Source of the DNA: Mustelus asterias
Lineage: Eukaryota
NCBI RefSeq assembly: GCF_964213995.1
Contig: NC_135830.1
Location: forward strand, 9,486,001 to 9,550,000
DNA: 64,000 nt
Direction: 5' to 3'
The position numbers were made by a program, and so were the translations under genes. This document shows positions 1-11,989 of this stretch, one piece after another. The notes under the pieces were generated by a model, which was not told the DNA's origin, did not search any database, and saw only the letters and a list, made by a program, of their open reading frames with translations. Position 1 is the stretch's first letter. Every line of letters starts with the position of its first letter.

Positions 1-534
1 GTGTTGCTGTGGAGGGAGATATTAACTTCCCGAAAATGACTGGGACTACTAAGTGCTAGCGCTGTGGATGGGGCAGAGTTTGTAAAGCACATCCCAGGAC
101 GGTGTCTGGAACTAGTATGTCGATAGTCCAACTCGGAAAGGAGCCGTACTGGACCTGGTATTGGGGAATGAGCCTGGCCGGGTGTTGTCGATTCAGGAGG
201 AGAGCAGTTTGGGAACAGTGACCATAATTCAGTAAGCTTTAAGGTACTGATGGATCAAAATAAGAATAGTCCTCAAGTGAAGGTGCTAAATCAGGGGAAG
301 GCTAATTACAACATTATTAGGCAGGAATTGAAGAATATAGATTGGGGCAGATATTTGAGGGCAAATCAATTTCTGGCATGTGGGAGGCTTTCAAGTGCAA
401 GTTGATAGGAATTCAGGACTGGCACATTCCTATAAGGCTGAAGGATAATTATGGCAAGCTTTGGCCAACTTGGATAGCGAGAGATATTGTGAGCCTAGTC
501 AAAGAGAAAAAAGGAAGCTCATGGTTCCTGTGGC

Positions 535-697
535 TATGACTCATCTTTCATTTCCTCACCCTGCACTATAAATATCTCTGAGTTTCTATGTCTTTTAGCT
601 TTGACAAAGGGTCATCTGGACTCGAAACGTCAGCTCTTTTCTCTCCTTACAGATGCTGCCAAACCTGCTGAGATTTTCCAGCATTTTCTCTCTTGTC
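535..697 (+). mobile_element. Penelope-like element terminal (pLTR) fragment
   Basis: GACAAAGGGTCATCTGGACTCGAAACGTCAGC...GATGCTGCC..ACCTGCTGAG motif, matching the end of the Penelope fragment at 15.9-16.0 kb. Confidence 0.6.
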
Positions 698-1996
698 TGG
701 AGAACAAGGAAGCATTTGTCAAGGCTAGGAGAATGGGAACACACGAAGGAAAAGTGGAATATAAGAAAAGTAGAAAGAAGCTTAAGCAAGGAGTAGGGAG
801 GGCTAAATGGGGTCACAAAATGTAATTGGCCAGCAGGATTAAGGAAAATCCCTTTTTATGCATATATGAAGAGAAAGCAAGTAGCCTGGGGGAGGGCAGG
901 GAAGGAAATCTATGCGTGGAGCTGGAGGAAAAGAGGAAATGGGCGCGGTATCAAATGAATACTTTGCATCAGTTGTCACAAAAGAGGAGGACTTGTTGGA
1001 TGATGAGTCTGGAGAAGTGTGTGTAGATAGTTTGGGTCATGATGAGACGAAAAAGGAGGCGATATTGGGGTATTTGAGAAGCACTAAATTAGATGAGTCC
1101 ACGGGACCTGATGGGAAACATGCCAGAATACTGAGAGATGCAAGGGAGGAAACTGCTAGGGACTTGAGAGAAATCTTTGTATCCTCACTAGTACAGGGGA
1201 GGTCCCAGAAGATTGGATAACGTTGTTCCTTTGTTTAAGAAGGGTAGTAAGGATAAACCAGATAATTAAAGGCCGGTGAGCCTTCAGCCAATGGTGGGGA
1301 AATTATTGGAGAAGATTCTTCGAGACAGCATTTACTCCCACTTGAAAATAAGTGGACGTATTAGTGAGACACAACATGGTTTTGTGCTGGGGAGGTCGTG
1401 TCTCACTTAGTTAATCGAGTTTTTCGAGGAAGTGGCGAAGATGATTGATGAGGGTAGGGCAGTGCATGTTGTCTACATGAAATTCAGTAAGGCCTTTGAC
1501 AAGGTCCCTCATGGCAGACTGGTACAGAAGGTTAAGCCGCACGGGATCAGAGATCAGCTGGCAAGATGGATGCAGAACTGCCTCGGTCATAGAAGACAGA
1601 GGGTAGTAGTGGAAGGGTGCGTTTCTGAAAGGAGGGCTGTGACAAGTGGCGTTCTTCAGGGATCTATGCTGGGACCTTTGATGCTTGTAATATATATAAA
1701 TGATTTGGAGGGAAATGTAACTGGTTTGATTAGCAGACGATGCAAAGATTGGAGGAATTGCAGATAGCAATGGCGACTGTCAGAGGATACAGCAGGATAT
1801 CGAATGTTTCGAGACTTGGGCGGAGAGATGGCAGATGGAGTTTAATGAACAAATGTGAGGTAATGCATTTTGGAAGGTCTAATATAGATGGGAATTATAC
1901 AGTAAATGGCAGAACCCTTAAGAATATTGATAGGCAGAGGGATCTGGGTGTGCAGATATCCAAGTCACTGAAAGTGGCAACGCAGGTGGAGAAGGT

Positions 1997-3446
1997 CGAT
2001 GGAGACAGGAGAGGTGCTGGAGGATTGGAGGATTGCGAATGTGGTTCCTATTTTCAAGAAAGGGTATGAGGATAGCCCAAGAAATTACCGACCGGTGAGT
2101 CTAACCTCAGTGGTTGGTAAGCTGATGGAGAAGATCCTGTGGGACAAGATTTATGAGCATTTTGAGAGGTTTAGTATGCTCAAGCATACTCAGCATGGCT
2201 TTGTCAAAAGCAGATCGTGCCTTACGAGTCTGGTGCAGTTCTCCGAAAATGTGACGAAACACATTGACGAAGGGAAAGCGGTAGATGTGGTTTATATGGA
2301 TCTTAGCAAGGCGTTCAATAAGGTCCCCCATGCAAGGGTTCGAGAAAAAGTGAGAGGGCATGGGATCCAAGGGGCTGCTGCCCTGTGGATCCAGAACTGG
2401 CTTGCCAAAAGGAGGCAGAGAGTGGGTATAGATGGGTCTTTTTCTAAATGGAGGTCGGTCACCAGTGGTGTGCCCCAGGGATCTGTTCTGGGACCCTTGT
2501 TGTTTGTCATTTTCATAAATGACCTGGATGAGGACGTGTAGGGATGGGTTGGTAAGTTTGCCGACGACACAAAGGTTGCTGGGGTTGTGGATAGCCTGGA
2601 GGGATGTCAAAAGTTACAGAGGGACATAGATAGGATGCAAGACTGGGCGGACAAGTGGCAGATGGACTTCAACCCAGATAAATGCGTAGTGGTCCATTTT
2701 GGCAGGTCAAATGGGATGAAGGAGTGACAATATAAAGGGAAAGACTATCAGTACTGTAGAGGATCAGAAGGACCTTGGGGTCCGGGTCCATAGGACGCAA
2801 AAATCGGCCCCGCAGGTGGAGGAGGTGGTTAAGAAGGCGTATGGTGTGCTGGCCTTTATCAATCGAGGGATTGAGTTTAGGAGTCCGGGGATAACGATGC
2901 AGCTATATAAGACCCTCGTCAGACCCCACTTGGAGTACTGTGCTCAGTTCTGATCGCCTCATTACAGGAAGGATGTGGAAAGGATTGAAAGAGTGCAAAG
3001 GAGATTAACAAGGATGTTGCCTGGATTGAGTGGCATGCCTTATGAGGATAGGCTGAGGGTGCTTGGTCTTTTCTCCTTGGAGAGACGTAGGATGAGAGGA
3101 GACCTAATAGAGGTATATAAGATTTTGAGAGGCATAGATCGAGTGGACTCTCAGAGGCTTTTTCCCAGGGTGGAAATGGCTGCTGCGAGAGGACACAGGT
3201 TTAAGGTGCTGGGGGGTAGGTACATGGGAAATGTTTGGGGGAACTTTTTCACAGAGGGTTGTGGGCGAGTGGAATCGTCTGCCGTCAGTGGTGGTGGAGG
3301 CAAACTCAATAGGGTCTTTTAAGAGACTCCTGGATGAGTACATGGGGATAAATAGGATGGAGGGTTATAGGTAGGCTGGGAAGGCAGGGATATGTTCGGC
3401 ACAACTTGTGGGGCCGGACGGCCTGTTTTGTGCTGTGGTTTTATAT
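1997..3446 (+). mobile_element. 5'-truncated CR1 LINE (RT to 3' tail) nested in the older CR1
   Basis: ORF 1999-2541 ([24 protein letters not shown]); AAGGT duplicated at 1992-1996 and 3447-3451 and the host reading resumes; near-identical to 39343-40795. Confidence 0.92.
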
Positions 3447-4354
3447 AAGGTAGTCAAGAATGCATACAGCATGCTTGCCTTCATCGGCCGGGGCATTGAG
3501 TTTAAAAATTGTCAAGTCATATCGCATCTTTATGGAACATTAGTTAGGCTGCACTTGGAATATCGTGTTCAATTCTGGTCTTCACGCTACCAGAAGGATG
3601 TGGAGGTTTTGGAGAGGGTACAGAAGAAATTTCATAGAATAGAATGCCTGCAGTGCAGAAGGAAGCCATTGAGAGCATCAAGTCTGCCACCGACCATAAT
3701 CCCACCCAGACCCTATTCCCCTCATCCTTCATATTTACCTTGCTAATTCCCCTGACCGGAGTGTCAATTTATCATTGCCAATCAATATAGCTGTGAGCAG
3801 AGGTTGGAGAAACTTAGTTTGTTCTCGCTGGAACGACGGACGTTGAGCGGGAGAACTGATCAACGTCTACAAGTCCGTGAGGGGGGACAGAATGGATAGT
3901 CTGACGCTATTTTTCCACAGTAGAAGAGTCAATTACTAGGGGCATCGGCTTAAGTTCCGAGGGGCAAGGTTTAAAGGAGATGTATGAGGCAAGTTTTTTG
4001 CACAGAGGGTGGTGGGTGCCTGGAACTCGCTGCTGGGGAAGGTAGTGGAAGCAGATACGATAGTGACTTTTAAGGGGCATCTTGCCAAATACATGAATAA
4101 GATGGGAATACAGCGATAAGGTTCCCGGAAGGATAGGGGGCTTTAGTTCAGTCGGGCAGCAAAGTCGGTGCAGGCTTGGAGGGCCGAAGGGCCTGTTCCT
4201 GTGTTGTAATTTTCTTTGCTCTTTGTTCAATCCCATTATTTTCCCCCAAACCATTTCCCTATTAATACTGATTTACTTCAGCACTTCATTAAAACTTGTT
4301 GCTCTCAGAGCTTTTGGTACATTATTCATGTCTTCCTTTGTGAAGACAGACCCA

Positions 4355-4852
4355 TCATCAGGCACAAGTCAGGAGTATGATGGAATAGTCTGCTCTTGCC
4401 TTGGTAAGTGCAGCTCCATTAACATCCAAGAAGCTCTACACCGCCAAAGATAAAGCAGCCCTTCCAAAAACATTCACTCCTTCCACCACTGACGCACAGT
4501 GGCAGCCATGAGTAGCCTCTGCGCGATGCACTGCAGGAACTCACTGAGGTTCCTTCGACAGCACCCTTCAATTGCACGACCTCTACCATCTAGAAGAGTA
4601 GCAGAAAGACCACCACCTGGAGGTTCCCCTCCAAGTCACTCAGCATCCTGGCTTGGAAATATATCACTGTTCCTTCACTGTCGCTGTGTCAAAATCCTGA
4701 AACACCCTCTCGAGCAGCACTGTGGGTATACCTACATCACGGGGACTGACGCGGTTCAAGAAGGCAGCTCACCACCACCTTCTCAAGACCAATTCGGGAT
4801 GGACAATAAATGCCGTTCCAGCCTGCGACACCCACACCTTGTGAGAGAATAA
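4355..4852 (+). mobile_element. 3' fragment of a second LINE family (CR1-group RT C-terminus and tail)
   Basis: GGCACAAGTCAGGAGT.TGATGGAATA ... GAAGGCAGCTCACCACCACCTTCTCAAG ... AATAAATGC; same family at 47433-48085 and 49797-50400. Confidence 0.7.
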
Positions 4853-4909
4853 AAATAGATCTTTGCTTGCAGCCAGCTGCTCGAGTTACGAATCTCTTTT
4901 TCACACTAG

Positions 4910-5209
4910 GTACTGCTGGGGAGCTGCAGATTTGCCTCGAGAGAAAGCAGCCCAGCAGTGGGACATGCAAAGTGGAACTGATGTGTTCCAGCTTGCGTGA
5001 CTCGGCTGTTGAGTGGTTCAGAGGGAACAAGAAGGTTATCAGTGATCAGAGGCATGAGCTGCAGTTTGGTGGGATGATTTTGGATGTCACACTCGATTCT
5101 CAGCTTGGAGAAACGGTTTATAAATGCAAGGAAGCTGCAGGAGGAGTCGAGCAGACTGTTGATTTGGGAGAAACCTGTGGCTACAGCAACACTATCAAAA
5201 TTCTACCAG
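4910..5209 (+). CDS. Ig C2-type domain exon of a CD2/SLAM-family-like receptor
   Basis: Acceptor ttttcacactag, donor G|gtaac, 300 nt, phase 1-1; GTCKVELMCSS..VEWFRG..YKC..ETC with the extra Cys pair typical of SLAM membrane-proximal domains; upstream exons not found in the window. Confidence 0.75.
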
Positions 5210-5487
5210 GTAACAACTATCATTTTACTACATCTCAAATGCATGGACAAATCCTTGCTATTCAGTGACGTTACCCACACTGAATCCTCCCCCGCCCCCA
5301 TGTCCTGGGGGTTGATGATCAATTCTACCACTGTCACTGTAATATATCCTGCGTCATGATATATGGAGGGATACTGCTCAGACACTCTGAAACCGTCTTG
5401 TATCAATTAACTCGCCTGCTAACTCCCCAAAATCTGTCCACCATCTTGGAGGCACAACATCAGGAGTGTGAATTTTTTTTTTCATTC

Positions 5488-5763
5488 ATACACACATACT
5501 CATGCACGCACACACACAGACCCGTGCACGCACGCACATACACACACAAACACACTGACGCGAGCGCATACACAAACACACATACATGTGCAGACGTAAA
5601 CAAACACACGTACACACACTCGGGCATGCGCGCACACACACATACACACATGATCGTACACGCACGTGCACACACACATGCACACACTCTCACACTTATG
5701 AGCACACACACATACATACAAACACATGTACGCGCACATGCACACACTCACACACACTCACAG
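5488..5763. repeat. Degenerate (CA)n microsatellite region
   Basis: CA/CG-rich low-complexity sequence. Confidence 0.9.
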
Positions 5764-6154
5764 ACAGTGGAATTTGTATTCAATAACAAAAATCTGGATT
5801 TAAGAATCTACTAATGGCCATGAAACCATTGTTGGAAATGGTTGGGTTCACTACTGTCCGTTAGGGAAGAAACTCTGCCGTCCTTACCCTGACTGGCCTA
5901 CCTGTGAATCGAGCGACAGCAATGTGGTTGACTCTCAACTCCTGTCAGAAATAGCCCAGCGAGACTCTCAATTTTAACAATCACTATGACATTGTGGATC
6001 ACACAGCACGAGGACTGCAGCGTTTCAAGAAGGCAACACACACGCTGACACATATGCACACACACAAGTGCACACGCACTGCATGTGAGAGAATGTCCTG
6101 CTGTTGTCATTTGCTATTGAACGACTCTCTTTCTCCATATTGTTCTATTTACAG

Positions 6155-6265
6155 ATGTTTCCTCAGTTCAGTACCAGAAAGTGAAGATTATTCTCACTGC
6201 GATTTTCTTGGCAGTTTGTACGGCAGCTTTGCTGTTCACCTTCTATCTGTGCCATCAGCAGAACA
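6155..6265 (+). CDS. Transmembrane exon of the same receptor
   Basis: Acceptor tttacag; in phase gives DVSSVQYQKVK-IILTAIFLAVCTAALLFTFYLC-HQQN; the phase-1 donor A|gttaag is weak and read-through hits TAA. Confidence 0.7.
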
Positions 6266-6344
6266 GTTAAGTATTGGGTTTGTTCTCATAGCAGCAAACA
6301 ATCTCCTCTTAATCCCAGAATGCTTCCCGAACCTTGAGTGTCAG

Positions 6345-6760
6345 AGGTCATGGATCTCGCATTGGGGGTGTGAGTGACAGGGGACCTCGCACGAGGGTGT
6401 GAGAGACAGGGGATCTCACACTGGGGGTGTGAAAGACAGGTGATTTCGCATTGGCGATGTGAGGGACAGGGGAATCTCGCCTGGGGATGTGAGAGACAGG
6501 GGATCTCGCACGAGGGTGTGAGAGACAGGGGAATTCACACTTAGGGTGTGAGAGAGGGATCTCAGATTGGGGGTGTGAGGGACAGGGGAACTCGCACTGC
6601 GAGTGTGAGAGACAGGGGGTCTCGCAATGGGGGTGTGAGAGACAGGGGGTCTCGCACCGGGGGTGTGAGAGACCGGAGATTTCGCACTGGGGTGTGAGAG
6701 ACAGGAGATCTCGCACTGGTGCTGTGCGGCAAAGAGGGAATCTCGCACTGGAACTGGGGT
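6345..6760. repeat. ~29-30-bp minisatellite (GGGATCTCGCACTGGGGGTGTGAGAGACAG), about 13 copies, intronic
   Basis: Unit directly visible in tandem. Confidence 0.9.
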
Positions 6761-6881
6761 TTTAGTGGGAGAGGAAGGCAGGGTGGCAGCAGAGGGAGAG
6801 AGTGGGGAGAGGGAGGGAGTGATAACAGAGACTCAATATCACCTGATACTGACTTTCTCTTATTTTGCTTCTTCTGTCTAG

Positions 6882-6914
6882 GCAACAGTGAAAAGAAAAG
6901 GAGACATAACCAAG
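6882..6914 (+). CDS. 33-nt juxtamembrane mini-exon (NSEKKRRHNQ)
   Basis: Pyrimidine tract + ctag acceptor, G|gtaggg donor, phase 1-1, basic stop-transfer peptide, keeps frame into 8356. Confidence 0.65.
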
Positions 6915-7024
6915 GTAGGGGTTCAATCCAGCCGGTACCCCGAAAGTGTCTGACTGGCGAACAAACTGCTGTCCATTACTGTGGGTAGGAGGAGGTCAGG
7001 ACTTTTCTGCCAGCACAACGGTGA

Positions 7025-7610
7025 CTGTTTGATGGGGGACAGTGTAGAGGGAGTTTTACTCTGTATCTAACACCGTACTGTACCTGTCCTGGAAGTGTTT
7101 GATGGGGGATAGTGTGGAGGAAGTTGTACTCTGTCTCTAACCCTGTGCTGTACCTGTCCTGGAAGTGTTTGATGGCGGACAGTAGAGATGAAGGTTTACT
7201 TTGTAACGATCCCTGTGCTGTCCCTGTCCTGGGAGTGTTTGATGGGGATAGTGTAGAGGGAGTTTTTCTCTGTATGTAACCCCGTCCGGTACCTGTCCTG
7301 GGAGTTTTTGATGGGGACAGTGTACAGGGAGCTTCACACTCTATCTAACCCTGTGCTATACCTGTCCTGGGAGTGTTTGGTGGAGATAGTGTAGATCGAG
7401 TTTTACTCTGTATCTAACCCTGTGCTGGACCTGGTCCGGAGAGTGTTTGATGCGGACAGTGTGGAGGGAGTTTTAATCAGTACCTAATCCTGTGCGGTAC
7501 CAGTCCTGGGAGTGTTTGATGGGGACTGTGTACACGGAGATTTATTCTGTCCCAAACCTCGTGCTGTACCTGTTCGGAATATTTGATTGTGGGGCAGTGT
7601 AACAGGGAGT
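7025..7610. repeat. ~70-bp tandem repeat (GTGTTTGATGGGGACAGTGTAGAGGGAGTTTTACTCTGTATCTAACCC.GTGCTGTACCTGTCCTGGGA), common shark repeat
   Basis: About 8 degenerate tandem units visible. Confidence 0.9.
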
Positions 7611-7744
7611 TTTTTATTTGTTAAGATCACTGAGTGTAATTTTATCATTTTGGAGATGCTCAGACTGTCTCTGTGTTAATCTACCTCCCGATCTCCCTTG
7701 CCTGGCGATTTGTCAAACAGGCGGGCACAGGAATCAGCTCGAAA

Positions 7745-8320
7745 CCCATGTTTGCCTCTTTTACACAAGCATTTGGTGTCCTCGAGTGAGGTATTCTTGT
7801 TATAGCTACTTTGGTACTGTCACACCTGGAATACTGTGAACAGTTTTGGTCACCTTACCGAATTAACTTACCTTCGAGCGAGACAGAAAAAATCATTTTG
7901 CTGCTGACTCCTGGGCTGAGGGATATTGGCTGATGTGAGATTAGTATTCTGGAAGCTAATCGTTTGAGAGGTGGTCTGTTTGAAACGTACACAGATCTCT
8001 CACAGTTTCAAGTGCAACCTACTTACCGGATGTTTTCCCCGGTTGCGGAGTCTGGGACATGGGGGTCACGGTTTCAGGCGAAGAGATCAAATTTGATACT
8101 TTTCAGTCAGAGAGTGGTAAGTCTTTGAAATTCTCTAACCCAGAGAGCGGTAGATGATCTGTCCTTGAGTACATTCAAGAGAGCGGTTGAGAGATTTTTG
8201 GGCATTTTCTAAAAGAGAATGGCGAGTGGAGTGGAGAATAGAGTAGATAGGATCAGCATAATAATACCACAGCACGAGAACCAAGCTCACTGCATCCAAC
8301 TACTTCTTGTTCTTATGTTT
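7745..8320 (+). mobile_element. Old CR1 3' fragment
   Basis: CACCTGGAATACTGTG..CAGTTTTGG and CAGAGAGTGGT...TCTTTG.AATTCTCT motifs. Confidence 0.65.
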
Positions 8321-8355
8321 CTTTTTCCACTGAAATTGATCTTTCCTCTTTGCAG

Positions 8356-8938
8356 GAGAAGAAGGAATTTACTCTGATTTGCTAAGTCCTGGAAGTCAAT
8401 CTGACACCAAAGAGGTCGAGGCTGGGCCTGCTGCAGGCCTCAGAATGCGGGCTGTGGCTGGGCCTAGCACAGGCTCAATAAGAGAGCAGGCCGAGGCTGG
8501 GCCTGCTGCAAGCCTCGTAAGGCAGGATGAGGTTGGGCCTAGCACAGGCTCAATAAGCGAGCAGGCTGAGGCTGGGCCTGCTGCAAGCCTCAGAATACAG
8601 GCCGAGTCTGGGCTGGTTCAGGCTCAATAAGAGAGCAGGCCGAGGCTGAGCCTGCTGCAAGCCTCCAAAGGCAGGATGAGGCTAAGCCTAGCACTCCCCA
8701 GATGGTTCCAGTACAAGATTCAACATACACAAGCCTGAAGAAACGACCAAAAGATGCCGACTACCAACTCCTCAGACGACAGATACCCAATGATCAAAGT
8801 GCAGTAACATATTCAGCAGAAGCTGAGGGGGTGACACTTAAGACAACATCGCAAGACAACAAGATAGATTTGGGAACTGAGACAATTACAAATTCACTCC
8901 CAGCATATTCTACATTTAAGCCACTCGAAAACCTTTGA
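8356..8938 (+). CDS. Cytoplasmic-tail exon with 12/13-aa repeats and tyrosine motifs; 1-nt frameshift near 8611-8620 (premature TAA 8628-8630)
   Basis: Acceptor ctctttgcag; EEGIYSDLL, then EAGPAA/GPSTGSI repeats; shifted frame continues the repeat and gives DSTYTSL-x8-YQLL, VTYS, AYSTF, TGA at 8936-8938. Confidence 0.7.
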
Positions 8939-8943
8939 TTATA

Positions 8944-9440
8944 TTCCAGTTTGTAACTCACTCCCAGGTATCTGTTGTTCTATAAACCACCCAAAACCCT
9001 CGATTAGATTCCAGTTTGTGACACTCCCTGGTATCTGTTATTCTGTATATAAACCACCATGAACCGTTCAATCAGATTCTACTCTGTAACTCACTCCCAG
9101 GTATCCGTCATTTTATGTAAACCACTCCAAAATCCTCGATTAGACACCAGTCTTTAACTCACTTCTGAGTATCTATTATTCTATATATAAACCACCCCAA
9201 ACCCCGAGATTGGATTGCAGTTTGGAACTCATTTCCAAGTATCTGTTATTCTATATATAAAACACCCAAACCCCTCGACTATGTTTCAATCTGTAACTCA
9301 GTTCCAAACATCTGTTATTCCATATATAAACCACACCAAACCCTTGATTAGATTCTAGTCTGTAACATACTCCCAGTTATTTGTTATTCTATGTATAGAC
9401 CATCCTGAACCCATCAATTCGAATCCAGTCTGTAACTCAG
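8944..9440. repeat. ~68-bp tandem repeat (CCAGTCTGTAACTCACTCCCAGGTATCTGTTATTCTATATATAAACCACCC...GATTAGATT) starting right after the receptor stop codon
   Basis: About 7 degenerate tandem units visible. Confidence 0.9.
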
Positions 9441-9569
9441 TAAAGATCACAGGGCCAGTACTGTGAACAGGGCTATGAGGAAGTGTGTGACATTCTCTTT
9501 GTTTCCTGGGGACAATCGCTGTTTCTCAGACGACAGCTTTGAAAGATAAAAACATTGGTCTCCCTGTCT

Positions 9570-9660
9570 CACATTGCTGTTTGTGCGATATCGCTTTGCA
9601 TAACATGGTTGCCCCATGTCTAACATTGCAACATTGACTGCACTCTAAATAAATACCTTC
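9570..9660 (+). mobile_element. DeuSINE (SacSINE/AmnSINE-like) Deu-domain fragment
   Basis: CACATTGCTGTTTGTG...CATTGCAACATTGACTGCACT resembles the Deu domain as recalled. Confidence 0.5.
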
Positions 9661-10329
9661 TTTGTTTGCTCTGAACTGTCGAGGTTGATCAGAGGTTTAG
9701 ATTTATTTTGGTATGAGACTTGCTTTCCAATATGATTGTTTCGTATGTTAACCGTCTGTGCTTGCTAATGAGGAAAGCAAAAAAAGTTTATCTTAATGTA
9801 TGTGCACAAATGTGTTAAAATGTGATTTACACGATTCTGCCTCAACTAGAGCATTGTTCTAGTTCGGCACACTGTACTGGAGGGAGGATGTGAAAGTATT
9901 GCTGAGTGTGTGGAAAAGATTCACGAGAATGACTCCAGAAATAAGGAAGTACCATTTTGTGGATAGATGGAAGCAGCTGGGACTGTTTCCTCGAGTGGAG
10001 AACGTGGAAAGAGGATTCAAGAGAGATTTAAAACTCTGAGACATCTGGGCAGAGTAGTTAGAGAGAGAAACTATTCCCCCTGTGGGAAGGATCCAGATTG
10101 AAAGTCATTGGCGAAAGAAGGAATAATGATAAAAGAAGAAGTTCTTCAAATGCTCAATCCTAAGATTCTCGATTGTTCTTTCTGAGAATATGATGAAGAC
10201 AGGATCAATTGATGCTTTGGAAAGAAAATTGGATATTTAATGAAAGAGTAAAGATTGTAGATCAACGGGAGAGGCCTGTTTGCTGAGGTTCTCTCGTGAA
10301 ACATGATTATTTTGATAGCGCAACGGACT

Positions 10330-11137
10330 GGGAGGGTCAGGCGTCGGCCGATTCACAGGATTCCTGTAAGCGTTCGCACGACGCTTGCGTCTCCTCGGAC
10401 GGATCTCTGGCAATGTCTGTGTGATGCCGGAAATCGGCTGGGAGGCGCGGCAATCATTTAAATAGTATTTAGAAGTGCCAAGGGAGTGGGGTCTTGGGGC
10501 GCGGTCTAGGGGCGCGGCCTGCTGGTGGTAGGGCCTAAGGGCAATTGGTGGGGGTGGGGATCCCACTGCCACTCTGTATTGGGATGTGGTCTGGGCAGGA
10601 GGGAGCCTAGCGATCGGAACTGGCTGGGAGGGGATGGTCAGCCGGGAGTTCTGCCAATTGGGGTTTCTGCCGGTGGGGGTCTGCCTCCCGGAGGGTGGAG
10701 TCTGCCGCCCGCTGTGGGGAGGGAGGGGCGGGGGTCTGCCTGCAGGGGAGTGGGGGTGGATCGTCACTGATGGGGGGCTGGGTGGGATGGGGACTGGAGA
10801 TCGGGATGGGACGTGGGAAGGGGGGCGGGGTGTTCGGGGCTGGCCCGCACATGGAAGAGGGGCCACGATCGGGTTGTGGAGTGTTTGGGGTGCAGCACTG
10901 TGGGGGCCCCGGACTGACCAGCGATCGAGCTGGTCAGCAAACTGCACGTTGACAGTGCAGTTTGCTGTTTCAGCCCCTCCATTGTGAATAGGCCCCGCCC
11001 CCTGAAATTTAATGATATTCACCTCTGCACTGCAGAGTGTGGGAGACTCGAGCCTGAACTCCCATGATTAAACCAGCGTGAATTATTCCAGTTTTCCCGT
11101 GAATGCGACACTTCGATTTTTTTGGGAGTGTCGCCCC
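10330..11137. mobile_element. GC-rich probable PIF/Harbinger-derived non-autonomous segment
   Basis: GC-rich interior ending in GGGAGTGTCGCCCC (TIR-like), next to a Harbinger transposase. Confidence 0.4.
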
Positions 11138-11989
11138 CATGATTCTAATGAGGCTGAAGCAATGTTTTGCAGAGCTTCGTGAGTGCTATGGACCTGAAGT
11201 GAGCGAAGTGCGGGAGATGTTGCAGGCTAGCCCTGGAGATGCTTGGTGGGCTTCTTCCAGGCTGTCTTCAGGTGCTGGCTGGTGGACCAGTGATACCTGG
11301 GGTGGCGTGGGGGTGGGGGGTGGGGGCTTCCATTTTCTCAGAGCTCACTGGGGGACGGGCCCTGATGGAGCCCTGCTCAGCTTTCCCCCTGAGGATACTG
11401 CTGTTACTTTGTGGGGAAGGGGCCCTGAAGGAGTGCTGCTCAGCCTTCCCCTTGAGGGCACTGTGCAGTGGCATTGTCTGCCTTGGGTGTGGTTATGCAC
11501 TGCATTGAGTGCTGGGGTTCCGGGAGAGGAGTGGAGTGGGAGAGGGGCGCTTGTGAGTGCACCATGTGCTGACTGAGGCCTAACCACATCCAGCAGCTGC
11601 TGCTCCAGGCCGGGGTGCCGAGGTTCACACATAGACTGCACGGAATCTGCTGTCACTGGGCACCCACCTGGTGATGACTTAAGTCTGCCTCTGCCCTGTG
11701 ACACTGACCATGCCTGCAACTGATGTTGCAGATGCACACATGGCAATTGTTCAAGGGTGGGCAGTGCCCACAGCTACACACTCACCTGCATAATCTGTGC
11801 CATCATTTGTCATGATAGGAACTTCACACAACCTAATCAGGTCATGCATGGCACCATGGATTGTGTGCTGTTGACAGCACCCACAAGTGGGGGAACTGGC
11901 CCAAGTGAGGAATTGGGGTGGTGCTGGGACTATGCAGCCAATGACATTAATCTGTCATTCTTTGCTCTTTCCAAACCCCATTGTGCAGA

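Larger units (their letters stand above)
1..4225 (+). mobile_element. Decayed CR1-clade LINE (APE endonuclease end, linker, RT, 3' tail), interrupted by a Penelope fragment (~535-697), a younger CR1 (1997-3446) and an HE1 fragment (~3633-3785)
   Basis: GD(F)NFP..DW-like APE motif at the start; RT motifs in ORFs (VYMKFSKAFDKVPH, SGVLQGSMLGP, KCEVMHFG, RLHLEYRVQFWS); CR1 3' tail GGCCGAAGGGCCTGTTCCTGTG at ~4183-4203; many frameshifts. Confidence 0.9.

Noticed and set aside
5356-5814. His/Thr- and Cys/Val-rich ORFs (also 30024-31369)
   Set aside because: Translations of CA/TG microsatellites
6345-9440. Regular repeats resembling a CRISPR array
   Set aside because: Tandem units without unique spacers, vertebrate context, no cas genes
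10237-11022. 261-aa Pro-rich ORF
   Set aside because: Stop-poor GC-rich transposon interior; no domain motifs
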